Positions 50,758-64,000 of a stretch of DNA of 64,000 nt are shown here, piece by piece (the stretch's first letter is position 1; each line of letters begins with the position of its first letter). This stretch comes from Macrostomum lignano (Eukaryota): positions 96,777 to 160,776 of the forward strand of contig NIVC01001770.1 of NCBI GenBank assembly GCA_002269645.1, in the 5' to 3' direction. Under the pieces are notes generated by a model. The model was not told the DNA's origin and did not search any database. It worked only from the letters and a program-made list of their open reading frames with translations. Made by a program: the position numbers and the translations under genes.

Positions 50758-53703
50758 TGTGACATAGTGACACGATGAACTTTGCTATAGGTTGCATGCA
50801 CTGTAGTGTTGACTCACTAGCAGTGGAGTTGTTATTGATCGGCTTAGAGATTGTATTTTATTCCACCCCACCCCATGCGCGCGTTTGAATCTGTCTGCAC
50901 CCACCACCTCAGTGCTAAATAATAAATGAGAACAGCCTAGCTCTCAAGCGAGCACCTTTTACTCACTCCTGCAATTCCACACTTCTGCCTCGCTTAACAA
51001 AGTTATCACAATGGCGACGAGTCTGCCCACGCTGGGCCAACTGCTACCATCTACAAACATCGAGATCTTCCTAGAGCGTCTCGAGCAGTACTTCATCTGC
51101 AAGGAGGTGAAGGATGAGGCAAAAGTGGCAACTCTGATCACGTCGATTGGAGAGGAGGCTTACATCACACTGCGGAGTCTGTCCTAGCCGGTCCAAGTGG
51201 CGCAGAAGTCTTACGCTGACCTGAAGAAGCTGCTGACAACGCACTTCGCACCCAAGCCTTCGGAGCTAGCTGCGAGGTTCCGTTTCCAACAACGAACTCA
51301 GCAAGCAGGCGAGAGCTTCACGGCATTCATCGCGGGGCTCCAGGCTCTGTCAGCTGACTGCAACTTCGGTGAGTCGCTAAATGAGCGGCTCCGAGACCAA
51401 CTCTTGTTCGGCCTTCGAAGCGACGCCTATCGAGCCAAGCTGCTGGAAGTCGTTGAGCCGACTTTCGAATCCCTGCAAACAAAGGCTATGTCGCTGGAGT
51501 CTGCAGAGCGTTCGTCCCTGGAGATGTCACAAAGGGCATCGGAGTCCGTTGCCAATCTGCAATTTGTCAGCAAGAGAGGTAGCCGCAAGCAGGTGACACC
51601 TTCAGCGCACCACAGAGGGCATCGGGTCAGCGGCAGCGACAACGGCGGCAGCGGCAACGGCGGCAGCGGCAACGGCAGCGGCAACGGCAGCGGCAACGGT
51701 GGCGGTGGCAGCTCATGCAAAAGCTGTGGCGGTTCCCACGAGCGTCATTCATGCAAGTTCAGGGACGCCAAGTGCCATGCATGCGGCAAGGTCGGCCATA
51801 TCCGCAAGGTCTGCCAGTCTACCAAGCAGGCCAAGCTACACATGCTGCAAGAGGAGCGGATGGCACCTACTGTCGAAGGCGCGTGTGACACCCAGGTGCC
51901 CATTTTCGCAGTCCGACCAACAGGCAGCAACGCTGGACCGACAGTCATGCTGCTCGTCAACGGCCAGGAATGCCAGTTTGTCATCGACACCGGCTCTGCA
52001 GTCACGCTGATGCCGCAGCAGCTGCAGCAGAAGTTGCTTCCTCAGCTACAACTGGCTCCATCGGCCGCAGTTCTGCGAACCTTCACCAATGAACGCTTTC
52101 ATCCGCGAGGCCAAGCCACAGTCTGCGTCCAGCACAACGCCCAGCAGCTACAGCTACCGCTGCTTGTAGTCGACAAAGGAGACACGGCACTGCTGGGACG
52201 AGACTGGCTGGCTCACCTTCGGCTGGACTGGCCGACAATTATGGCCCAGGTGCACGCCGTGTCGACCGATAGCGACATCAGCGACCTGCATGAGAGATTT
52301 GCTGCGGTGTTCGAGGACCGACTTGGCGAATATCGACACGGTAAAGTGCGGCTCAACGTCGTCGACGGTGCCCAACCTCGGTTCTTTAAAGCCCGCCCGG
52401 TTCCGTATGCACTACGAGAGCGCGTGGACGAGGAGCTGCAGAGACTGGAGGCCAACGGCATCATTTCGGCGGTTAAGCACAGCGACTGGGCCTCTCCGAT
52501 CGTTCTGGTGGTCAAGAAGGATGGCGGCGTCAGGATTTGCGGTGATTATACGCAAACTTTCAACCCGGCGTGCCTGACCGAGCAGTACCCTCTACTCAAG
52601 ATCGAGGACCTGTTTGCCAAGCTGGGAGGCGGCTGCAAGTGGACAAAACTCGATCTGTCCAATGCCTTCCTGCAGCTTCCGCTCGCCGAAAACAGCAAAG
52701 CCTTCGTCACGATCAACACGCCGAAGGGACTCTACCAGTTCAATCGCATGCCTTTTGGGATCAAGTTCGCTGAGTTCGTCAGTTCCAACGGCATCCGGCA
52801 CATCTTCTCGGCGCCATTCCACCCGGCGACTAACGGCCAGGCCGAGCGCTTCGTCCAGGTGCTGAAGCGGCATCTGAGTAAGTGCGGTCACTCCGACGCG
52901 CAACTTCAACGACTGCTGATGGCCTATCGCAACACTCCGCACAGCGTCAGTGGCACCGCGCCGAGTCAGCTGCTCATTGGCCGCCGGCTGCGCAGCCGGC
53001 TGGACCTCCTGACACCATCGTTGACTTCGGCCATGCAACAGCGACAGCAGCATCAGCTTCAGCAGCAGCGGCCAGCGCGCCAGTTCCAGCCTGGAGATCG
53101 TGTGCTCTACCGCGATTTCAGCACTGCTGCTCGTGCAGGAGAAAGCAGCCGCTGGGCCGAAGGTGTCATTGTCAATGCCGGCAATCGCAACTGCACAGTC
53201 GATTCTGGGCGCGGCGTGCAAGCGCGACACACTGACCAGCTGCTGGCGGCTCCCGCTGGGTTGGACGAGTCGAATAGCAGCACAACCCCGGCCGAGGACT
53301 GCGCGGCACCTGACGCTGGCGGCACGCCAGCCTCGCCGCAGGCAGACACGGCTGACTCTGCTAACGAGGCACCCCGGCGCTACCCGACTCGAGTTCGAGC
53401 ACCACCTGACAGATTGATGCTGCAGTGAGGGTGTTAACTTAGGGGGGAGATGTGACATAGTGACACGATGAACTTTGCTATAGGTTGCATGCACTGTAGT
53501 GTTGACTCACTAGCAGTGGAGTTGTTATTGATCGGCTTAGAGATTGTATTTTATTCCACCCCACCCCATGCGCGCGTTTGAATCTGTCTGCACCCACCAC
53601 CTCAGTGCTAAATAATAAATGTTAACAGCCTAGCTCTCAAGCGAGCACCTTTTACTCACTCCTGCAATTCCACACTTCTGCCTCGCTTAACAAAGTTATC
53701 ACA
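50758..53703 (+). mobile_element. Ty3/gypsy (Mag-like) LTR retrotransposon, internally deleted, 2946 bp
   Basis: 253-bp LTRs at 50758-51010 and 53451-53703 (TG...CA; only 2 adjacent mismatches, 50929-30 AG vs 53622-23 TT); 5-bp TSD ATTAG; PBS TGGCGACGAG at 51012-51021; PPT AGGGGGGAGA at 53441-53450. Confidence 0.97.
51011..53428 (+). pseudogene. Gag-protease-RT(N-half)/integrase(C-part) single ORF with one premature TAG and a large in-frame deletion
   Basis: ATG at 51011 directly after the LTR (FLERLEQYF...IGEEAYITLRSL); in-frame TAG at 51185-51187; HFAPKPS...RTQQAGES; two Zn knuckles CKSCGGSHERHSC and CHACGKVGHIRKVC; protease VIDTGSA; RT WASPIVLV...ICGDY...KLDLSNAF...RMPFGI joined directly to integrase FAEFVSSNGIRH...HPATNGQAERFV. 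YxDD, RNase H and the integrase N-part are absent. Confidence 0.93.
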
Positions 53704-54739
53704 ATTAGGGTGCAGTGTCAGGTGAGACAATTAGGGTGCAGTGTCAGGTGAGACAATTAGGGTGCAGTGTCAGGTGAGACAATTAGGGTGCAGTGTCAGG
53801 TGAGACAATTAGGGTGCAGTGTCAGGTGAGACAATTAGGGTGCAGTGTCAGGTGAGACAATTAGGGTGCAGTGTCAGGTGAGACAATTAGGGTGCAGTGT
53901 CAGGTGAGACAATTAGGGTGCAGTGTCAGGTGAGACAATTAGGGTGCAGTGTCAGGTGAGACAATTAGGGTGCAGTGTCAGGTGAGACAATTAGGGTGCA
54001 GTGTCAGGTGAGACAATTAGGATGTGTCTGTCAGGTGAGACAATTAGGGTGCAGTGTCAGGTGAGACAATTAGGGTGCAGTGTCAGGGGAGACAATTAGG
54101 GTGTGTCAGGGGAGACAATTAGGGTGTGTCAGGGGAGACAATTAGGGTGTGTCAGGGGAGACAATTAGGGTGTGTCAGGGGAGACAATTAGGGTGTGTCA
54201 GGGGAGACAATTAGGGTGTTTCAGGTGAGACAATTAGGGTGTCAGCCCATAGAGTTTGCACAAGCAACAAACCAGTCAGTAGAAAGAGAAATGATAGAGA
54301 AACTTGTCGAGAACAAACTGCATGTGGCTGCCAGTTACCTCTTAGTTAGTGAGGCTGGCGCATCATTGGCAGCGGGGCGGACCCAATCAGCGCCCTCGTG
54401 CGTCTGGCTGAAGTCAACTGTTAAAAGTACACGTATGTACTAGCTAGGTAAAAAGAGGCGGATAGGGATCTGCCAGTGGATCTGCTGCATCAGGGATCGG
54501 AGCAGCGCGGGCACCGAGCCTGCAAAACGGTAAAGGCAGCTGGCCCGAGTAAGAGCATTACAAATTGCATTTCACCCCGTCATTTAGATGATCGATCCTT
54601 TTACAGCTCTTCATCGCTAAAAGCGTGTTGACTAAAACACCGACAGACTCTCATCTTCGATATTGACGGTAAGTAGTTGTCTTCGTGGCACTTTTGCTTG
54701 TGAAAGATTCTGTTCTCAGCGGAAGTCTGGTTTGTGTAG

Positions 54740-57700
54740 GGGGGATTTAGACTCGGATTTATTGTGGGAGATTTAGACACGGATTTATGGAGGGAGATTT
54801 AGACACGGATTTATTGTGGGAGATTTAGACACGGATTTATGGAGGGAGATTTAGACACGGATTTATTGTGGGAGATTTAGACACGGATTTATGGAGGGAG
54901 ATTTAGACACGGATTTATTGTGGGAGATTTAGACACGGATTTATTGTGGGAGATTTAGACACGGATTTTATTGGTGGGAGATTTAGACACGGATTTTATT
55001 GTGGGAGATTTAGACACGGATTTATTGTGGGAGATTTAGACACTGATTTTATTGTGGGAGATTTAGACACGGATTTATGGAGGGAGATTTAGACACGGAT
55101 TTATTGTGGGAGATTTAGACACGGATTTATGGAGGGAGATTTAGACACGGATTTATTGTGGGAGATTTAGACACGGATTTATTGTGGGAGATTTAGACAC
55201 GGATTTTATTGGTGGGAGATTTAGACACGGATTTTATTGGTGGGAGATTTAGACACGGATTTTATTGGTGGGAGATTTAGACACGGATTTTATTGGTGGG
55301 AGATTTAGACACGGATTTTATTGGTGGGAGATTTAGACACGGATTTATTGTGGGAGATTTAGACACGGATTTTATTGGTGGGAGATTTAGACACTGATTT
55401 ATTGTGGGAGATTTAGACACTGATTTTATTGTGGGAGATTTAGACACGGATTTATTGTGGGAGATTTAGACACGGATTTATTGTGGGAGATTTAGACACG
55501 GATTTTATAGTGGGAGATTTAGACACGGATTTATTGTGGGAGATTTAGACACGGATTTTATTGGTGGGAGATTTAGACACGGATTTTATTGGTGGGAGAT
55601 TTAGACACGGATTTTATTGGTGGGAGATTTAGACACGGATTTATTGTGGGAGATTTAGACACGGATTTTATTGGTGGGAGATTTAGACACTGATTTATTG
55701 TGGGAGATTTAGACACTGATTTTATTGTGGGAGATTTAGACACGGATTTATTGTGGGAGATTTAGACACGGATTTATTGTGGGAGATTTAGACACGGATT
55801 TTATAGTGGGAGATTTAGACACGGATTTATTGTGGGAGATTTAGACACGGATTTTATTGGTGGGAGATTTAGACACGGATTTTATTGTGGGAGATTTAGA
55901 CACGGATTTTATTGGTGGGAGATTTAGACACGGATTTTATTGGTGGGAGATTTAGACACGGATTTTATTGGTGGGAGATTTAGACACGGATTTTATTGGT
56001 GGGAGATTTAGACACGGATTTTATGATGGGAGATTTAGACACGGATTTATTGTGGGAGATTTAGACACGGATTTTATTAGTGGGAGATTTAGACACGGAT
56101 TTATTGTGGGAGATTTAGACACGGATTTTATTGGTGGGAGATTTAGACACGGTTTTTATTGGTGGGAGATTTAGACACGGATTTTATTGGTGGGAGATTT
56201 AGACACGGATTTATTGTGGGAGATTTAGACACGGATTTTATTGTGGGAGATTTAGACACGGATTTATTGTGGGAGATTTAGACACTGATTTATTGTGGGA
56301 GATTTAGACACGGATTTTATAATTGGAGATTTAGACACGGATTTTATTGGTGAGAAATTTAGACACGAGTTTTATAATGGGAGATTTAGACACGGATTTT
56401 ATGATGGGAGATTTAGACACGGATTTTATTGGTGGGAGATTTAGACACGGATTTTATTGGTGGGAGATTTAGACACGGATTTTATTGGTGGGAGATTTAG
56501 ACACGGATTTTATTGGTGGGAGATTTAGACACGGATTTTATTGGTGGGAGATTTAGACACGGATTTTATGATGGGAGATTTAGACACGGATTTATTGTGG
56601 GAGATTTAGACACGGATTTTATTAGTGGGAGATTTAGACACGGATTTATTGTGGGAGATTTAGACACGGATTTTATTGGTGGGAGATTTAGACACGGTTT
56701 TTATTGGTGGGAGATTTAGACACGGATTTATTGTGGGAGATTTAGACACTGATTTTATTGTGGGAGATTTAGACACGGATTTATTGTGGGAGATTTAGAC
56801 ACGGATTTATTGTGGGAGATTTAGACACGGATTTTATAGTGGGAGATTTAGACACGGATTTATTGTGGGAGATTTAGACACTGATTTTATTGTGGGAGAT
56901 TTAGACACGGATTTATGGAGGGAGATTTAGACACGGATTTATTGTGGGAGATTTAGACACGGATTTATGGAGGGAGATTTAGACACGGATTTATTGTGGG
57001 AGATTTAGACACGGATTTATTGTGGGAGATTTAGACACGGATTTTATTGGTGGGAGATTTAGACACGGATTTTATTGGTGGGAGATTTAGACACGGATTT
57101 TATTGGTGGGAGATTTAGACACGGATTTTATTGGTGGGAGATTTAGACACGGATTTATTGTGGGAGATTTAGACACGGATTTTATTGGTGGGAGATTTAG
57201 ACACGGATTTATGGAGGGAGATTTAGACACGGATTTATTGTGGGAGATTTAGACACGGATTTTATTGGTGGGAGATTTAGACACTGATTTATTGTGGGAG
57301 ATTTAGACACTGATTTTATTGTAGGAGATTTAGACACGGATTTATTGTGGGAGATTTAGACACGGATTTATTGTGGGAGATTTAGACACGGATTTTATAG
57401 TGGGAGATTTAGACACGGATTTATTGTGGGAGATTTAGACACGGATTTTATTGGTGGGAGATTTAGACACGGATTTTATTGGTGGGAGATTTAGACACGG
57501 ATTTTATTGGTGGGAGATTTAGACACGGATTTTATTGGTGGGAGATTTAGACACGGATTTTATTGGTGGGAGATTTAGACACGGATTTTATTGGTGGGAG
57601 ATTTAGACACGGATTTTATGATGGGAGATTTAGACACGGATTTATTGTGGGAGATTTAGACACGGATTTATGGAGGGAGATTTAGACACGGATTTATTGT

Positions 57701-60700
57701 GGGAGATTTAGACACGGATTTATGGAGGGAGATTTAGACACGGATTTATTGTGGGAGATTTAGACACGGATTTATGGAGGGAGATTTAGACACGGATTTA
57801 TTGTGGGAGATTTAGACACGGATTTTATTGGTGGGAGATTTAGACACGGATTTTATTGGTGGGAGATTTAGACACGGATTTTATTGTGGGAGATTTAGAC
57901 ACGGATTTATTGTGGGAGATTTAGACACTGATTTTATTGTGGGAGATTTAGACACGGATTTATGGAGGGAGATTTAGACACGGATTTATTGTGGGAGATT
58001 TAGACACGGATTTATGGAGGGAGATTTAGACACGGATTTTATTGGTGGGAGATTTAGACACGGATTTATTGTGGGAGATTTAGACACGGATTTTATTGGT
58101 GGGAGATTTAGACACGGATTTTATTGGTGGGAGATTTAGACACGGATTTTATTGGTGGGAGATTTAGACACGGATTTTATTGGTGGGAGATTTAGACACG
58201 GATTTTATTGGTGGGAGATTTAGACACGGATTTATTGTGGGAGATTTAGACACGGATTTTATTGGTGGGAGATTTAGACACGATTTATTGTGGGAGATTT
58301 AGACACGGATTTTATTGTGGGAGATTTAGACACGGATTTATTGTGGGAGATTTAGACACGGATTTATTGTGGGAGATTTAGACACGGATTTTATTGTGGG
58401 AGATTTAGACACGGATTTATTGTGGGAGATTTAGACACGGATTTTATTGGTGGGAGATTTAGACACGGATTTTATTGGTGGGAGATTTAGACACGGATTT
58501 TATTGGTGGGAGATTTAGACACGGATTTATTGTGGGAGATTTAGACACGGATTTTATTGGTGGGAGATTTAGACACGATTTATTGTGGGAGATTTAGACA
58601 CGATTTTATTGTGGGAGATTTAGACACGGATTTATTGTGGGAGATTTAGACACGGATTTATTGTGGGAGATTTAGACACGGATTTATTGTGGGAGATTTA
58701 GACACGGATTTATTGTGGGAGATTTAGACACGGATTTTATTGGTGGGAGATTTAGACACGGATTTTATTGTGGGAGATTTAGACACGGATTTTATTGGTG
58801 GGAGATTTAGACACGGATTTTATTGGTGGGAGATTTAGACACGGATTTTATTGGTGGGAGATTTAGACACGGATTTTATTGTGGGAGATTTAGACACGGA
58901 TTTTATGATGGGAGATTTAGACACGGATTTATTGTGGGAGATTTAGACACGGATTTTATTGTGGGAGATTTAGACACGGATTTATTGTGGGAGATTTAGA
59001 CACGGATTTTATTGGTGGGAGATTTAGACACGGATTTTTATTGGTGGGAGATTTAGACACGGATTTTATTGGTGGGAGATTTAGACACGGATTTATTGTG
59101 GGAGATTTAGACACGGATTTTATTGTGGGAGATTTAGACACGGATTTATTGTGGGAGATTTAGACACGGATTTATTGTGGGAGATTTAGACACGGATTTT
59201 ATAATTGGAGATTTAGACACGGATTTTATTGTTGGAGATTTAGACACGGATTTTATTGGTGGGAGATTTAGACACGGATTTTATTGGGAGATTTAGACAC
59301 GGATTTTATTGGTGGGAGATTTAGACACGGATTTTATTGTGGGAGATTTAGACACGGATTTTATTGGTGGGAGATTTAGACACGGATTTTATTGGTGGGA
59401 GATTTAGACACGGATTTTATTGGTGGGAGATTTAGACACGGATTTTATTGGGAGATTTAGACACGGATTTTATTGTGGGAGATTTAGACACGGATTTTAT
59501 TGTGGGAGATTTAGACACGGATTTTATTGTGGGAGATTTAGACACGGATTTTATTGTGGGAGATTTAGACACGGATTTTATTGTGGGAGATTTAGACACG
59601 GATTTATTGTGGGAGATTTAGACACGGATTTATTGTGGGAGATTTAGACACGGATTTATTGTGGGAGATTTAGACACGGATTTATTGTGGGAGATTTAGA
59701 CACGGATTTTATTGTGGGAGATTTAGACACGGATTTATTGTGGGAGATTTAGACACGGATTTTATTGGTGGGAGATTTAGACACGGATTTTATTGGTGGG
59801 AGATTTAGACACGGATTTTATTGGTGGGAGATTTAGACACGGATTTATTGTGGGAGATTTAGACACGGATTTTATTGTGGGAGATTTAGACACGGATTTT
59901 ATTGTGGGAGATTTAGACACGGATTTTATTGTGGGAGATTTAGACACGGATTTATTGTGGGAGATTTAGACACGGATTTATTGTGGGAGATTTAGACACG
60001 GATTTTATTGTGGGAGATTTAGACACGGATTTATTGTGGGAGATTTAGACACGGATTTTATTGTGGGAGATTTAGACACGGATTTTATTGTGGGAGATTT
60101 AGACACGGATTTTATTGGTGGGAGATTTAGACACGGATTTTATTGGTGGGAGATTTAGACACGGATTTTATTGGTGGGAGATTTAGACACGGATTTTATT
60201 GTGGGAGATTTAGACACGGATTTTATTGTGGGAGATTTAGACACGGATTTTATTGTGGGAGATTTAGACACGGATTTTATTGTGGGAGATTTAGACACGG
60301 ATTTTATTGTGGGAGATTTAGACACGGATTTTATTGGTGGGAGATTTAGACACGGATTTTATTGGTGGGAGATTTAGACACGGATTTTATTGGTGGGAGA
60401 TTTAGACACGGATTTTATTGTGGGAGATTTAGACACGGATTTTATTGTGGGAGATTTAGACACGGATTTTATTGTGGGAGATTTAGACACGGATTTTATT
60501 GTGGGAGATTTAGACACGGATTTTATAATGGGAGATTTAGACACGGATTTTATGATGGGAGATTTAGACACGGATTTTATGTGGGAGATTTAGACACGGA
60601 TTTTATTGTGGGAGATTTAGACACGGATTTTATTGTGGGAGATTTAGACACGGATTTTATTGTGGGAGATTTAGACACGGATTTTATAATTGGAGATTTA

Positions 60701-63155
60701 GACACGGATTTTATTGTTGGAGATTTAGACACGGATTTTATATGGGAGATTTAGACACGGATTTTATGATGGGAGATTTAGACACGGATTTTATGATGGG
60801 AGATTTAGACACGGATTTTATTGTGGGAGATTTAGACACGGATTTTATGATGGGAGATTTAGACACGGATTTTATTGTGGGAGATTTAGACACGGATTTT
60901 ATGATGGGAGATTTAGACACGGATTTTATGATGGGAGATTTAGACACGGATTTTATGTGGGAGATTTAGACACGGATTTTATTGTGGGAGATTTAGACAC
61001 GGATTTTATGATGGGAGATTTAGACACGGATTTTATTGTGGGAGATTTAGACACGGATTTTATTGTGGGAGATTTAGACACGGATTTTATTGTGGGAGAT
61101 TTAGACACGGATTTTATTGTGGGAGATTTAGACACGGATTTTATTGTGGGAGATTTAGACACGGATTTTATTGTGGGAGATTTAGACACGGATTTTATGA
61201 TGGGAGATTTAGACACGGATTTTATTGTGGGAGATTTAGACACGGATTTTATTGGTGGGAGATTTAGACACGGATTCTATTGTGGGAGATTTAGACACGG
61301 ATTTTATTGGTGGGAGATTTAGACACGGATTTTATTGTGGGAGATTTAGACACGGATTTTATTGTGGGAGATTTAGACACGGATTTTATTGGTGGGAGAT
61401 TTAGACACGGATTTATTGTGGGAGATTTAGACACGGATTTTATTGTGGGAGATTTAGACACGGATTTATTGTGGGAGATTTAGACACGGATTTATTGTGG
61501 GAGATTTAGACACGGATTTATTGTGGGAGATTTAGACACGGATTTATTGTGGGAGATTTAGACACGGATTTTATTGTGGGAGATTTAGACACGGATTCTA
61601 TTGTGGGAGATTTAGACACGGATTTTATTGGTGGGAGATTTAGACACGGATTTTATTGGTGGGAGATTTAGACACGGATTTTATTGTGGGAGATTTAGAC
61701 ACGGATTTATTGTGGGAGATTTAGACACGGATTTTATTGGTGGGAGATTTAGACACGGATTTTATTGTGGGAGATTTAGACACGGATTTTATTGTGGGAG
61801 ATTTAGACACGGATTTATTGTGGGAGATTTAGACACGGATTTTATTGTGGGAGATTTAGACACGGATTTATTGTGGGAGATTTAGACACGGATTTTATTG
61901 GTGGGAGATTTAGACACGGATTTTATTGGTGGGAGATTTAGACACGGATTTTATTGTGGGAGATTTAGACACGGATTTATTGTGGGAGATTTAGACACGG
62001 ATTTTATTGTGGGAGATTTAGACACGGATTTATTGTGGGAGATTTAGACACGGATTTTATTGTGGGAGATTTAGACACGGATTTTATTGGAGATTTAGAC
62101 ACGGATTTTATTGGGAGATTTAGACACGGATTTTATGATGGGAGATTTAGACACGGATTTTATTGGGAGATTTAGACACGGATTTTATTGTGGGAGATTT
62201 AGACACGGATTTTATTGTGGGAGATTTAGACACGGATTTTATTGTGGAGATTTAGACACGGATTTTATTGTGGGAGATTTAGACACGGATTTTATTGGTG
62301 GAGATTTAGACACGGATTTTATTGTGGGAGATTTAGACACGGATTTTATTGTGGGAGATTTAGACACGGATTTTATTGTGGGAGATTTAGACACGGATTT
62401 TATTGATGGGAGATTTAGACACGGATTTTATGATGGGAGATTTAGACACGGATTTTATGATGGGAGATTTAGACACGGATTTTATGTGGGAGATTTAGAC
62501 ACGGATTTTATTGTGGGAGATTTAGACACGGATTTTATTGTGGGAGATTTAGACACGGATTTTATTGTGGGAGATTTAGACACGGATTTTATGTGGGAGA
62601 TTTAGACACGGATTTTATGATGGGAGATTTAGACACGGATTTTATTGTGGGAGATTTAGACACGGATTTTATTGTGGGAGATTTAGACACGGATTTTATT
62701 GTGGGAGATTTAGACACGGATTTTATTGTGGGAGATTTAGACACGGATTTTATTGGGGAGATTTAGACACGGATTTATTGTGGAGATTTAGACACGGATT
62801 TTATTGGTGGGAGATTTAGACACGGATTTTATTGTGGGAGATTTAGACACGGATTTTATGATGGGAGATTTAGACACGGATTTTATGATGGGAGATTTAG
62901 ACACGGATTTTATGATGGGAGATTTAGACACGGATTTTATGATGGGAGATTTAGACACGGATTTTATGTGGGAGATTTAGACACGGATTTTATGATGGGA
63001 GATTTAGACACGGATTTTATGATGGGAGATTTAGACACGGATTTTATGATGGGAGATTTAGACACGGATTTTATGATGGGAGATTTAGACACGGATTTTA
63101 TAGTGGGAGTTTTAGACACGGATTTTATTGTGGGAGATTTAGACACGGATTTTAA
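54740..63155. repeat. 8.4-kb satellite of 26-28-bp units (about 310 copies)
   Basis: Unit GGGAGATTTAGACACGGATTT(T)ATT(G)GT; the variants ATGGAGG and ATGAT cluster regionally; all ORFs here are repeat artefacts. Confidence 0.98.
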
Positions 63156-63454
63156 CAGTATGAGTTAGCAATCCAATTATCTATGTAGTATTCATCTGAA
63201 CCTTCAAAATAAGCGTCCCGTGTTCTTCTATTTAATCCAGTATTGCTCACGCGAATTTCTATAGAATACGAGTAATAAATCTACCGCTATAGTCCTCCTT
63301 AGATTCCAACTAGCAATCTTCGCCCCCCGTTGGGGGACATCTGTATAGAATCTCTGTTCTCTACAAGTAACAAAAAGACAGCCAAATAAAGCCTTCACAA
63401 AGACGACAGACAAACTGCTCAAATAAAGTGTAATGCAAAAAGAAATCATCCCAA

Positions 63455-64000
63455 GACAGCAAGCATCCCCCAGATAGCAAGCATCCCCCAGATTGCAAGC
63501 ATCGCCCAGATAGCAAGCATCCCCCAGATAGCAAGCATCCCCAAATAGTAAGCATCTACCATACAATAAGTAGCTAGTGCTACAATTTCCTTAGCTCTAT
63601 AGTGGCTCCTTTAAAATTGGCATGACGCTTACGTTTACGTTTGAAATTGTGTAAATTTTATGTTTGACATGGTGGCCCTTTAATGTTCGACATGGTGGCT
63701 CTTTTATGCTTGACATGGTGGCTCTTTACTGTTTGACATAGAGTCACATATATGTTTGACATGGTGGCTCTTCTATGTTTGACATGGAGTCACGAATATA
63801 CTTGACATGGTGACTCGTTAATGTTCGACATGGTGGCTCTATAATGTTAGACATGGTGGCTCTTTAATGTTAGACATGGTGGCTCTTTAATGTTAGACAT
63901 GATGGCTCTTTAATGTTTGACATTGCGGCTCTTTAATGTTTGACATGGTGGCTCTTTTATGTTCGACATGGTGGTTCTTTTATGTTAGACATGGTGTCTC
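63455..64000. repeat. 18-bp (GCAAGCATCCCCCAGATA, 63455-63555) and 23-bp (TTTAATGTTTGACATGGTGGCTC, 63655-end) minisatellites
   Basis: Read directly from sequence; the second array runs off the window end. Confidence 0.9.

Larger units (their letters stand above)
50390..54240. repeat. 26-bp TTAGGG-containing minisatellite (50390-50757 and 53704-54240), split by an LTR element
   Basis: Unit CAATTAGGGTGCAGTGTCAGGTGAGA on both sides of the element. Confidence 0.95.

Noticed and set aside
54245-54730. Exon-like segments (54607-54668 on + with good splice sites; a short minus-strand exon GSVPALLRSLMQQ..)
   Set aside because: The + segment has stops in all three frames and the minus pieces cannot be joined confidently. 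They may be UTR or non-coding exons and need RNA data.
55968-63168. Many (GDLDTDFIV)n and (GRFRHGFY)n ORFs
   Set aside because: Satellite translations with frame switching at 1-nt unit-length variants.
63228-63566. 112-aa minus-strand ORF
   Set aside because: Half of it is an 18-bp repeat, and the rest shares CCCCAACGGGGGGCG with 36160, suggesting a dispersed repeat fragment.

Overview
This is eukaryotic, intron-containing DNA from an invertebrate (it has an innexin gene). GC-rich exons, minisatellite-stuffed introns and the gene set suggest a flatworm such as Macrostomum, but that is inference. I rebuilt five complete spliced genes by hand, with all exon phases consistent: innexin (+, 4 exons, 408 aa), an SLC16/MCT-type MFS transporter (-, 5 exons, 585 aa), a DM+DMA-domain DMRT of the Dmrt93B type (+, 2 exons, 481 aa), a GSAP/pigeon-like gene (-, 8 exons, 870 aa) and BCD1/ZNHIT6 (+, 2 exons, 325 aa, with an N-terminal (MEQPQQQ)13 repeat). 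The last exon of an adenosine deaminase, carrying three 1-nt deletions, opens the window. Mobile DNA: a 2.9-kb Mag-type Ty3/gypsy LTR element with an in-frame RT-to-integrase deletion, a 1.19-kb solo-LTR-like insert, a hAT-type non-autonomous element carrying a minisatellite, and two tRNA-derived SINE families. There are more than 30 distinct tandem arrays, including 3-kb and 8.4-kb satellites. The main pattern is that 14 of the 16 reconstructed introns hold their own private tandem array, often starting about 20-30 nt after the 5' splice site; the other two hold SINEs. Two of the 16 introns are GC-AG. There are no prokaryotic features or CRISPR arrays. Exon and TE coordinates were counted by hand; repeat-array limits are approximate (about +/-20 nt). 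No database searches were possible.
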